DNA of 64,000 nt from Macrostomum lignano (Eukaryota). Positions 10,367 to 21,899 of this stretch are shown here, in pieces. The notes under the pieces were generated by a model. That model had not been told where the DNA came from. It ran no database searches and saw only the letters and a program-made list of their open reading frames with translations. The position numbers and the translations under genes were made by a program. The DNA is taken from the NCBI GenBank assembly GCA_002269645.1, contig NIVC01000036.1:62001-126000 (forward strand), given 5' to 3'. The stretch's first letter is position 1; the number at the start of each line of letters is the position of its first letter.

Positions 10367-11106
10367 ATGACATCAATGAAAGTTGTGTCGCTGCTGCTGC
10401 TGCTTCTGCTGAGCTCACCCGCTGTGTCCCTGGCCAGGTGTTCCACGTCATCAACGGCTCGCTCTGCATCCGGCCCGAGTTCGTCAGAAACGAGCTTCTG
10501 GCCAAGTTGAGCGTCGAGTGCTCGCTGCTCTGCAGCATGGAGCCGCGCTGTCAGGCGTTCAGCCTGGCTGACGGTCCGTGCCAGCTGTTCGTGTTCGACA
10601 AGTGCAGCAAGTCGGTGAGGGACTGCGGCTGCTCCAGGAGAGGCCGAGTGTTCGTGAAGCGGCAGACGGGACTCGAGCCGGGTGCGCTGTGTCCGTCCGA
10701 CTTCGGAGACGACCACTGCGGAGTGAAGTACAAGCTCTTCAATACGACCAACACCTGGACAGTGCAGAGACAGAGGTGCGAGTCGGAGAGCGGTCTGGTG
10801 ATCATGGCGGACGTGATCGACAGCGCCGAGCTGGCTGCCATCGGACAAGTTTACAGCATGAAGGCTGGCGGCGTTGCCATGTGGGTCGGCGGTTTCCAGA
10901 CTCCGGGCAGTGCGGAGCCCGGCGGAGGCTGGCGCTGGGTGGCCTGCAACATCAGCTTCGACGCCAGCCTGTGGGGCAGCGGAGAGCCCGACAACCTGTT
11001 CAAAAGCTCCGAGGACGCGGTTTCCGCCCGAACCTTTCTGGGAGACGCTTACAGCTTTGATGCAATCAGAACCGGCCTGTGCGAGTGCCTGTCGCCCTTC
11101 AATTGA
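10367..11106 (+). pseudogene. PAN+CTLD copy 2 (class B), 1-nt frameshift after the signal peptide (real lesion or assembly indel)
   Basis: ATG at 10367 gives MTSMKVVSLLLLLLLSSPAVS. It has GTGTCCCTGG (3 C) where intact paralogs have GTGTCCCCTGG. The remainder is open to SPFN*. Confidence 0.85.
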
Positions 11107-12094
11107 CTGTTAAAACACTTTAAAAGAATTTTAGATCGGACTTTATGATTTCTACGACCTAAGCACCGTTGGCGTCCTAAATTGTTATGATTACTGCTCC
11201 ACAAACTTTAAATATAGTGGACAGTGTAATGAGACAAATATCCAAAATGAAAAAATGATATAGATTTTTCTTGATCTTACATGCGATTTTCAACATGGCC
11301 GCCGGCTCTCGACTGAACTGCCAAGCGGCAACGCTATAGTCTAACCTACAGGACTCTGACTAGCTCAATGTTCTTAGCAATCCCAAACTCTGCATGTCAT
11401 TCTGCTTGGCACCCCAGCCGACGACGAGACTGGGCAAGTTTGCTGAGGACACTGAGGAGAACTGCTGAGGGGATCACTGCAGATTGTCGAAAGGATCATT
11501 TCAGTCTGCAGAGGGGACAAGCTGTAAACTACTGAGACAGTTTCTCAAGACTTATGAGCGTCGTACCGGTATAGCTGCAACCTGCTGAGTGGATAACTGC
11601 GGACTGATTGGGGGGGGCAGACTTCTGAGGATAATAACTATCTACAGAGTTTTGAGCGGACAATAACTTTTGAGGATTAATTGCCAGTTGTTGGAGGAAT
11701 TACTGCAGACTGCTGAGTGAATTATTTTTGCTTGCTGATGGGACAATTCTAGCCCTAATTTTAGTGCTGAGGTTATAAATGCTTAATGTTGATAAAAGTT
11801 GTATTGACTGCAAAGTGGATAACTGCAGGCTGCTAAGAGATGACTGCAGTCTGTTTTGCGGGATTAGATGAAGGGATCATTTCAGGTTGTTGTGGTGATA
11901 ACTGCCGATTTCTGAGGGTTAACTTCAAACTGCTGAACTTACTAAACCTCTAGAAATGCTAAACTTCTTAAATAGCATATGGTTTATTTTGACCATCTGT
12001 CAATAGGCACAATAACCGCAGTAGACAGGCAGTTACAGGCATGGACTGAAGTTGGCGGTTCGAGTCTGCATTGGAGCAAGGAATTTATCTTTGT

Positions 12095-14250
12095 GACCTG
12101 TGACAATAATGGTTGGTTATTCGTGAGTGAGACTTTAGGATAATAGTCCGGCTCATGAGTGCGCGTGAGTGACTGACTGACTGACTGACTGACTGACTGA
12201 CTGACTGACTGACTGACTGACTGTGCGCAGCTCATGAGCCGGACTATTATCCTAAAGTCTCACTTACGAATAACCGCATTGTCGAATTTCAGTGGGGCCA
12301 TAGACAAAAAGGGCATCGAAAGGAGAGAGGGGTTACTGAGGAGAGAGAGACATAAATACTGAGGTGGTTTACTGGAGTTTGGGCCATAGACAACGAAGTT
12401 GCAAACAGGCTGGGGTTAAGAGGGTGGAAAGGAAGGAGATGTGGAGAGAAAGAGAAAATAAAACGTAAATAGCTACATTCGCTTGGCCATGGAGAACCAG
12501 ACGTCATATCCGATCAACTGGGGCAATCTGCCTGTCGAAAGTTTAGCCAACGTATCTAGCAGCGAACTCAATTGGATCTCAAGACTTTCCACATCTCAGA
12601 AGGACATGAAGGATAACGAAGACTTTTTGAACTTCTTGCACTTTCTTGAGAGCGGTGATACTGCCGATGATTTGCCTCTGCTACCGGCCGAGGATGATGC
12701 TCCAGCTGAAGAGGATGGAGAGAATGCAACTGAGCCGAAACGAGTTCCTTTGGATATGCGAGGCAATGACGAAAGATGAAATAGTGAGCCTACCAACCAA
12801 GACGCGTGAGCAGATGATTGCTCATGGTAACGGTTTTGTGCAGTTCCTTCGCGAACATGGAGCTGCTGTTCATGAATTGAGTCGTGTTGAGATGTGTGAG
12901 TTTCTTAGGTATTACTACTACCAATTGCGTCGCCATGATGGCGGTCCATACTCGCCTGCAAGTCTTGTGTGCATCCGCGCCGGGATACAGCGCTTTCTGA
13001 CTATGGTGGCTGGATTAACGATCAACATTATCGATGGTGAGGAATTCGTTCTAGCGAATAGAATGCTCCGAATGAAAGTCAGGGAATGGCACAACTCCGG
13101 CGGTCAGGTTCGATCATATCCGCCAATCGAGGAGGGTGATATGGAGAAGCTACGGACGTATTTCGACAGATCAAGTGCAGAGACCACTCAGGATGAGTTT
13201 CTATTTCGCGTTATGTACGGTCTAGGAGAACGAGGAAGGGAACATCTGGAGTCGATTGAATCCAAGAAGTGGTTGGTGAAGCGCGAAGACTCGGATGGAA
13301 GACCGTACTACGCATTGACTGTACTGAATTCCAAAAACAAGTCTGCCGATCCCAATCGAGCCAGGCGTGACATCGACGTAAAGCAGGCGAGAATCTACGA
13401 TGTTGGAATTGTGGACGACTACATGGCTATATTACCAACGGAGACGAAGAACGACTCATTGTTTCCCAGGCCACTGAAGAATGCAGGAGGCACCAGACGA
13501 TTTTGCTCGAAGCAGAAACGAGGAATAAATTACCTGAGGACTTTCATGAAGGCGCTGAGCAAAAAAGCGAAGCTGTCTAAGGAATACACCAATCATAGCA
13601 TTCGGTGAGTCAGTTGGTCGGGAAGTGCATGTGATGTTTTCAACTTGTGTCTGATTGAGTCTAATTTACAGTTCAATTGCTCAATTGTTCTAGAGTTAGC
13701 AGAGTGTGTGACCTGGAATCGGCTGGGCATTCGATGAGCGAGATCATGGCTATCACGGGTCAAAAGTCCGAGAGCACGGTCCGGCGCTACCTGGCAGTTA
13801 AACGGGACAAGTCCCTGCAACAATGCAGCGATGCAGTGTCGCGTGCGTTGAACATGGGACAAAGCGCCGCGACCCACGGTCAAGTAACAATGCCTGCTGA
13901 CATCAGCATCCAAAGTTCCATCGTGCAAGAAGCAGTGAGCGTGTCTGATGGTCGTCAGATGAACGGTCGGAATATCTTTATTATGAACAACTGCACTTTC
14001 AACAATTGCAATCTGTAATGGTCTTCGGCACTATGACAATTGCGCCATATTGATACTGCACAATTAACTTTCCATAGCGCTAATCTTTTGTTGTTGGTGT
14101 TTGCTGTTTTGTTCTAAAAATAGGCGTCCATTATCCCGAGTTTGAAATCATTATCCTGAAGTTTAAGTGAAAAAAAAATGTGCTCATGGTTTAACCATAG
14201 ACGATTGCATTATCCTAAAGGCTGATTTTTGACAATGATTGTCACAGGTC
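12095..14250 (+). mobile_element. Crypton-like (DUF3504-type) tyrosine recombinase DNA transposon
   Basis: Contains a YR gene. Perfect 13-bp inverted ends GACCTGTGACAAT (12095-12107) and ATTGTCACAGGTC (14238-14250), plus inner inverted CTTTAGGATAAT/ATTATCCTAAAG. Confidence 0.8.
12489..14018 (+). CDS. Crypton tyrosine recombinase; exons about 12489-13604 (apparent frameshift near 12744) and 13694-14018
   Basis: Motifs DGGPYSPASLVCIRAGIQRFL and GLGERGRE. HSIR is split by an 89-nt GTGAGT..TTCTAG intron (13605-13693) that restores the frame into VSRVCDLESAGHSMSEIMAITGQKSESTVRRY, giving R / HxxR / (H>Q) / Y. Confidence 0.82.
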
Positions 14251-14254
14251 GGTG

Positions 14255-14730
14255 GTGAATTATAGCTAAACTGCTGGTGAACCATAGCTAAACTGCTGGT
14301 GAACCATTGCTAAACTGCTGGTGAACCATAGCTAAACTGCTGGTGAAGCATTGCTAAACTGCTGGTGAAGCATTGCTAAACTGCTGGTGAACCATAGCTA
14401 AAATGCTGGTAAACCATTACTAAACTGCTGGTGAACCATTGCTAAAATGCTGGTAAACCATTGCTAAAATGCTGGTGAACCATTGTTAAACTGCTGGTGA
14501 ACAAATTGCTAAACTGCTGGTGAACCATTGCTAAACTGCTGGTGAACAAATTGCTAAACTGCTGGTGAACAAATTGCTAAAATGCTGGTAAACCATTGCT
14601 AAACTGCTGGTGAACCATTGCTAAAATGCTGGTAAACCATTGCTTAACTGCTGGTAAACCATTGCTAAACTGCTGGTGAACCATTGTTAAACTGCTGGTA
14701 AACAAATTGCTAAAGTGGTGATGAACCATT
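14255..14730. repeat. Minisatellite of about 22 bp (GCTAAACTGCTGGTGAACCATT)n
   Basis: Read directly from the sequence. Confidence 0.92.
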
Positions 14731-14849
14731 CCATTGTTTAAGAAAGGCTACATTTAAAGAGAAGAAAACTCAGCAAAAAAATAGCGAAAAAAGAATCCCC
14801 ATGTTAACCATACAAGAAGCGCTCTGTCGAACATAAAAGACTCATTGGG

Positions 14850-16660
14850 AATCGCTAAGATGTCAAGGCTCATGATAGAAATTCTGAGATGTCGTGTCAA
14901 GGCTCAGGGGGAATTGCTATAATGATGTGATTCTGGGGAGAATTGCTATGATTTCAAGGTTCATTTGGGAAATTGCTGAGGTATCAAGGCTCAATAAAAA
15001 TGCTTTGCTGTCAAGGCTCATGGAGATAACTACAAGTACTGGAATGCTGCGACTGTTGGAGGAATTGCCGACATTGTTAGGGAAAGAGTAAGACGTAAAC
15101 CATAAATGAATTGGCTTGTCAAACATAAAAGACTCATTGGGGAGTTGCTAGGATGTCAAGGCTCATTATGGAATCGCTGAGACTTCAAAGCTCACGGGGG
15201 ATTCCTGTAATGCTGTAGGGTGTGACTCTTGGGTATTGCTGAGATGCTAAGGTTCACAGGGGACTGGCTGAAATTTCAAAGGCTTCTAAAGGGAATAGCT
15301 GAAATTCACGAAATTTCAAGGTTAATTGGGTATTTTTTGAAATGTTGTGGTTCATGGTGGGAATTGCTAAAATGCTGTGACTTGGCAGGGTTAGGGTTCA
15401 AGCATAAGACTCGTGTGAAAGTGCCAAGATATCAAAAGGTTAGTCCCTCAATTTTCTGGCTCATGGGAAATTGCTAAGATTTCAAAAGCTCATTCGGGAA
15501 TTTCTGAAATTCTTGGGCTGAGAGGGAGTTGCTGAAATTCTGTGACTCGGCTGCAGGTTAAGGGTTAGGGTTTCGGTTTAATTATAGAGCGATCGTCGTG
15601 TCAATCATAAATGATTCATCAAGGAATTGCTAAGATTAAGGCTCTTGGGGCGAATTACTTAAATGCTTTGGCTCTTTTTTAGAATTGCTGACAGGTAAAG
15701 GCTTTCGGTGAAATTTAGATTTCAAAGCTTATGAGGAAGTTACTTAAATGCTCAGGCTCAAGGCTCACGGGGGAGATTGCTAACATGCCAAGACTCACTT
15801 ATGGGTTAGGGTTAGGGGCTTAGGGTCAGTTTTGGTTCAATCATAGAATAACCGCTGTCAACCATCAATTAGACTTACTAAGATGGGAATTGCTAAGAAT
15901 TCAAGGCTCATTGGGGGAATCGCTGAGTTGACAAGGCTCATGAAGAAATTGCTGAGTTTTCAAGGCTCATAAGGGGATTGCTGAATGTGGGAGAGGGGAG
16001 TTGGGTTGTTGGGATATCAAGGCTTACTGAGCTGGGAGAATTGAGTAGATGTCAATGATCGAGTTTAATTGCTGCGATGTCGATGCTTACTGAGGGAATT
16101 TCTGAGATGTCAAGGCTTACTGAGGGGATTTTTTAGATTTCAAGGTTTACTGGGGAAATCGCTGAGATGTCAAGGCTTATTGAGGGAATTACTGAGATAG
16201 CAAGGCTTACTAAGGGATTTAGGGGAATTGCTGAGATTTTAGGGCTTACTGGGAGAATTGCGTAGATATCAAGGCTTACTGAGGGAATTGTTGAGATTTA
16301 AATGCTTACTGAGGGGATTGCTGAGATTTCAAGGCTTACAGGGGGAATTGCTGAGATTTCAAGGCTAATGGGGGAAATCGCTGAGATGTCAAGGCTTATT
16401 GAGGGAATTACTGAGATAGCAAGGCTTACTAAGGGATTTAGGGGAATTGCTGAGATTTCAAGGCTTACTGAGGAAAATGCTGAGATTTCAAGGCTTACTG
16501 GGTTAATTGCTGAGATTTCAAGGTTTATTGGGGGATTACTGAGATGTCAAGGCTCGAGTTTAATTGCTGCGATGTCGATGCTTAATAAGGGAATTTCTAA
16601 GATGTCAAGGCCTACTGTTGTTGAAATATCAAGGCTCATGGGGGATGGCTGAATTGTTGG
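14850..16660 (+). repeat. Degenerate 30-bp satellite family (GGGGAATTGCTGAGATGTCAAGGCTTACTG)
   Basis: Same unit occurs at 38330-39225, 55920-56400 and 57440-57660. Confidence 0.88.
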
Positions 16661-17154
16661 GGCGAGGGGGTTAGATTGTTGAGCGATTGTCAGATAGTCC
16701 AGCAGTACGGCTTAAGTAGCTCATTTAATTCAGATAATGAAAAAGTACACACAAGTGGTGTTGATTTCTGCTAATAGGAAATACCAGCGTATTTATTAAA
16801 GGTTTGGTTCTTTGAGTTCGGCTAATAAATAGGGGTCTAAGTCCGTCAGGGATTGGCATCTTGAGCTCCTGCTACGGACCAGCATATGCTCAGGCTAATG
16901 ACGATATGCACTAAGAGTTTGTGCTTGAAAGGATAAGCAGTATTTGCTGATTAAGAAACGGTTTTGGGCTGATGAAGGAAACTTTGTTGGCTGATTCATG
17001 GCAATTAGTTTTTTCCAAAAATGAGAAAAGATAACTATTGATTAATTTAAATCAAAATTATGGATAATTAATAAAGTTATTATTACTCTTGGGCCAAAAT
17101 AAACACCACTTACGGTCATTTTAGAGGCCCCCCAGCGGGGGGCTAAATGGCTAG

Positions 17155-19033
17155 TCCAATATACTAAAAATGGTCTGTCTGTGTCTATCTATCTATCTAT
17201 GTGATCGATTAGAGAAAAAATGACTCAACTAATTTTCTTCGAACTTGCACTGTTCGATCAGAATTTTTTTCCGTGACGGTACATGCAACGTGGCTAAGAA
17301 ATTGCTCGATGCTAAAGGGATTAAATATTCGAAAAACATGCTTTTCGCAAAGGTCAAGCAGCTCTTTCGACTTGAAATGCATTGTAAGAATGCTAGAGAA
17401 AAAACTGACTGGTTGAATTCTAATTCTGAAATAGATTGCATCACAATAGGCTTTTTATTTATCGTCTGTGCACTGGCTGAATTTTGACACTGAATTGAAT
17501 TGCGTCACAGTATTGAAAACGCTGTGTTTAAGCATAGCACAATACTTGATTTGATTATCCTAAGAAATTGCCTAAGAAATTGATTATGTCATAAATGCTT
17601 CGTGTGACTTTTACTCAATTGACTTGGTGTGAGTGTTGAATTATATAAGTGCTACAAATTCACTTATAATTTCAATGAGAGCTAGCCTAGATGTGAACAC
17701 ACTGGACTGCTAATGCAGCAACCTGGGTTCGAATCTTAATAATGTATAAAAAATAAAAGTAGCATACGTTTCTTTATAATTAATTACATGTAAAAAGACC
17801 TGGATTGTGGCGCTGGATAAACCAAGGATTATTGTACCTGATAAGCCAAGGATTATTGTACTTGATAAGCCAAAGATTATTGTACTTGATAAACCAAGGA
17901 TTATTGCACTTGATAAACCAAGGATTATTGCACTTGATAAGCCAAGGATTACTGCACTTGATAAACGAAGGATTATTGCACTTGATAAGCAAAAGATTAC
18001 TGCGCTAGATAAACCAAGGATTATTGCACTTGATAAGCCAAAGATTATTGTACTTGATAAACCAAGGATTATTGCACTTGATAAACAAAGGATTATTGCA
18101 CTATATTAGAAAGGGCTATTGCACTAGCCCAGACATCGATTTTTGGACTTGATGAGTAAAGGATTATTGCACTAGCTGTGAAGCTGATTATTGCGCTGTC
18201 TAAAAAAGAGATTATTGCGCTCGCTGAGACATGGATTGTTGCACAACCTAAGAAAGCGATTATTGCATTAGCGGAGGTAACATTTGCTCTAGCTACTTTC
18301 TGTCTCGTGGATGCTTGCTATCTGGAGGATGCTTGCTCTCGAGGGGGGATACTTGCTATTTGGGAGTTGGGGGTTACTGGCTACATGTATGTGATTCTTT
18401 CTATCCAGGGATGCTTGCTATTTAGGGATTCTTGCTATCTGCAGGATGCTTGCTATCTGGGTGGATTCTTCTATAATATCCGGGGGGTGCTTGCTATCTG
18501 CAGGATGCTTTTAAAATATCTGGGGGGTGCTTGCTTTCTGCAGGATGTTTGCTATCTGGATAGATGCTTCTATCTGGGGGTGCTTGCTATTTGCAGGATG
18601 CTTACGATCTGGGTGGATGCTTCTATAATATCTGGGGGGTGCTTGCTATCTGCAGGTTGCTTCTATAATATCTGGGGGTGCTTGCTATCTGCAGGATGCT
18701 TCTATAATATCTGGGGTGATGCTTGCTATGACCATTAGAGGATGCTTGCTATCTGCGGTTGTTTACTTTTGGAGGGGGGGGTGCTTGCTGTCTTGGGAAT
18801 ATTTTCTATTTAGGGAAGCTATATTTTGTTGCCTGTTTGTTAATTTTAGAGAAAAAGTGATTCTTTCACTTTGCAAACACCTTTGTCCGGACAATTTTAC
18901 ACGAATGAGGTGATTTATAAAAGTGAAAAAGGAATTGGTGTTTAAGAAAATGTGCTTTTTTATTGTTTTCCATGAACTATTTTTGCTCCTTTCTTATTGG
19001 GCGCCCCGAAGGGGGGCCACACTAGATTGCTAG
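17155..19033 (+). mobile_element. Non-autonomous Helitron-like element, joined head-to-tail to another Helitron 3' end at 17127-17154
   Basis: 5' TCCAATATACTAAAAATGG followed by TCTG/CTAT repeats. 3' GC hairpin (GCCCCGAAGGGG) then CTAG|T at 19030-19034. Internal tRNA-like stretch (about 17690-17745) and tandem repeats are shared with the 55062-59113 element. Confidence 0.65.
17800..18110. repeat. 24-bp minisatellite (GGATTATTGCACTTGATAAACCAA)n
   Basis: Read directly; it produces the spurious ALDKPRII ORF. Confidence 0.9.
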
Positions 19034-20103
19034 TTTACTCCTATTTTTTGTTTAAATTTATCCGAAGTATTTGTTTGAGTATAACTTCAGATTTGGAATT
19101 GCTATGAGACCGATGGCTAACCCTGAAGGGTGTAGCAACATGCATGTCTAGTACGAATCTTTATTACATGCGCTGTTTGTGTAAATCCTGTATGGGCACC
19201 ACGGGATAAAAATGTTTGAGATCCAAAGTGTAAAACTTGAGTGCCTTACAACGCTTCATCGTGAAACCAGCATGTTGAAAAAAATAATTTAGCTTTCAAT
19301 ACTACTCCTTCTCATCTTAGAAGGCCCATGCAGTTTCATGTGTGTGAGAAAATTTACGGATGATAAAATGCGTAGCTACATCTGTCACAGCAACAGGCTG
19401 CAGAGAGGGAACCTCATACCGCATATTTAATGAGCTGACTATCGATTTGTCTTTTATAACCCTTTGGCAATACTTAGAAATCAAAAGCTATTGGCAAACT
19501 GAAAGCGAACGACAAAGGCATATCCATTTTTTCTTTTACCATAAAGACATAAGTAGAACAAGAGATATGCAAAGGCTATTCTGAATATTCTCTGCATAGA
19601 TTGTCTAGTTTTTCCCATCCGTGCTGGCATATCAGCAAGCTATTCAATTAGCTAAGGATGTTTCGGAACCTCCAGCTGTGAGCCAACTGGCTGTTGGTAA
19701 AATAGTTCTCACTAAGCAGACACAAGCCACTTACTCGTACATCCAGTGGATATCTTCATCTGGAAGGCATCTCTGATACCCCTTGGCCATTGATCCAATT
19801 TTAGTAGCATTAATTAACTATCAATCTGCTCCCTTAGTTGGGATGGCTACAAAGAAAGGAATGAAAACTATACGAGTTAGAGCTTTTCACCGAGTACATT
19901 CGCTGTTGTAAGTATCCTATCGAAACTGAGGCTTTTAAAGCAAAAAGAGCATCAACCCTGAAAGCCAGCTACCGATTTTAGCCTAAGATACCAGCAGTTC
20001 TGGTGAGCTTTGGCATCGAAGCCTCCATTTAAGCCATGTGGCTTAACCCTAACTCTCACCTCGATCTACCGTTGGCTTGGGCCTACCAACCACTTCCAAT
20101 TGA

Positions 20104-20242
20104 CCTGTGGGGCAGCGGAGAGCCCGACAACCGCTACGGAGGCACCGAGGACGCGGTTTCCGCCCGAACCTTTCTGGGAGACTTTTGCTGGTTCAATGCA
20201 GTCAGAACCGGCCTGTGCGAGTGCCTGTCTCCGTTCAGCTGA
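20104..20242 (+). pseudogene. Isolated 3' fragment of the PAN+CTLD gene (binding-loop region only)
   Basis: LWGSGEPDNRYGGTEDAVSARTFLGDFCWFNAVRTGLCECLSPFS*; the upstream sequence is unrelated. Confidence 0.9.
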
Positions 20243-20918
20243 CAGTTAAAAGCACTTGAAGGAATCTTGGATCAGAATTTGATTGGCATGCCTCGCTCGC
20301 GTCTCTGACTGCGAGACAGTTGAATAAGACAAACATCCGAAATAAAAAATGTATTAATTCTAAAAAATTGATTGTATCAATATTAGAAAATTGTATCGAT
20401 TGCCTTCAAAACATTTCGAGTGTTGCGTCCTTCTACTTAAGTTGTCCTTGCTTTTTCGATGCGCCAGGGCGGTCGCCGATCAATTAGCACTAAAGAGATT
20501 TACAGATCGGCTTTACGGTCGTCATTGGATCTAGCTACGGTCTAGCGGTAAATTGTGTAGAGGTTCATTCTTCATTCATTCTTAAAATGCTACTGTTAAG
20601 TAAGGTAAAGCAAGCATTTTCAGCAGAATTAAAGCTTGAATCATGATCGTGTAGTGATCCGCTAGTTGGTGTTAGGCGTCGCACTTTGTCAGCAGTCGCC
20701 CTTGCCCTCGCCCTCGCCCTGGGTTGCTGTCTGCCGCTGGTCAGCTTCCCGCCTCCCTCCTTTTGTCTGTCTGTTGCTGCTCCCTTCCCTCGTTTTGCCC
20801 CTTGTTTCTCAGCCCTCAGCTTCTCTGCTGTGGGCTGTCTCTGTTTCGCTCGGTCTTTGTTTCCTCTGTTCTTTGAGTCCTAAAGTGCAGTAAACATGTT
20901 TACTGCACTTGTTGGCCC

Positions 20919-21635
20919 TGTTTACCGGGAGAGTCACATGCTTTCGGCCCCCTCCCTTCTCTAAGGAGAGGAGTGACTCATGTTGCTAAAAATAGCAACT
21001 GAGTCACAGCCATGTGCACTCTGTCGGGAGACCCTCAAGTGACGTCAGTTCTAAAAATAGAACGAATCACGAGGTCTTCCGCACGCTTGTACCCTGCCCG
21101 AGACTCTCAAGTGACGTCAGTTCTAAAAATAGAATGAGGTCACGAGGTCTTGTGCGTGGGTGTTTCCCGGTTATAAATAGGACCCCTCTCCCTTGTTTCC
21201 GTCAAGGAAAGGCTTCTTATCTGCGGAGAATTCACTAAGATCCCGTGTGCGTCAGTGTCTAACTAAGTGCCCTTTGCGTACTGAATCCGTTTGTACTGGT
21301 CTGACTGAGACCCCACTAAAGCCCAAGCCTAAGGGAGGCTAACACTGCCTTCCCAGCCACCCCTGAGCCCGGCGGGGATCTGCTGATCAGGACGCCTTGT
21401 TCATTAATCTGCTAATCTGCACGCTGTGCTGAGTTCGTTGACTTGTTTATTTCGTTCCGACGGGAAGCTCACCTCATCGAAGGCCGAGACCTGAAGGAAC
21501 TCGTGGCAGCACTACCTACGCTACTGAGAGTTGAGAGAACTTCCCACTGAAGAGGCTCGAGTCTTAAGGTAATTTTAAGCGCCTGAACCGGGAAGAAAAC
21601 ACCATTCCACTTCATTGGTGGCAGCGGTGGGATTC
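20919..21635 (+). mobile_element. 5' LTR plus primer-binding site of an LTR retrotransposon; internal region truncated
   Basis: TG...CA ends (left boundary uncertain), TATAAAT at about 21174. TGGTGGCAGCGGTGGGATTC at 21616-21635 is complementary to a tRNA-Leu 3' end and lies 1 nt after CA. Confidence 0.65.
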
Positions 21636-21899
21636 AAAGACCTACCAGGCCACCCCGAGAAAACGACAAGTACTTCAATCGTACGAGCGTAAGCAGAGAT
21701 GAACCAATGCTACAGTACCTTCTTGGACCACCCAGACAAGGCTATATCTCCGAGAGAAACGTGTACCGATTGGTAAGCCTTTGGTGGCGTCTTTGTTATT
21801 TGATTATTGAGAGCTGAGTCATTGCCGGCCGTTATTGATTAGTTGATTTATATTGAGTTATTGAATTAGAGGCCTCTATATTCCTAAGGGATCGGATCC

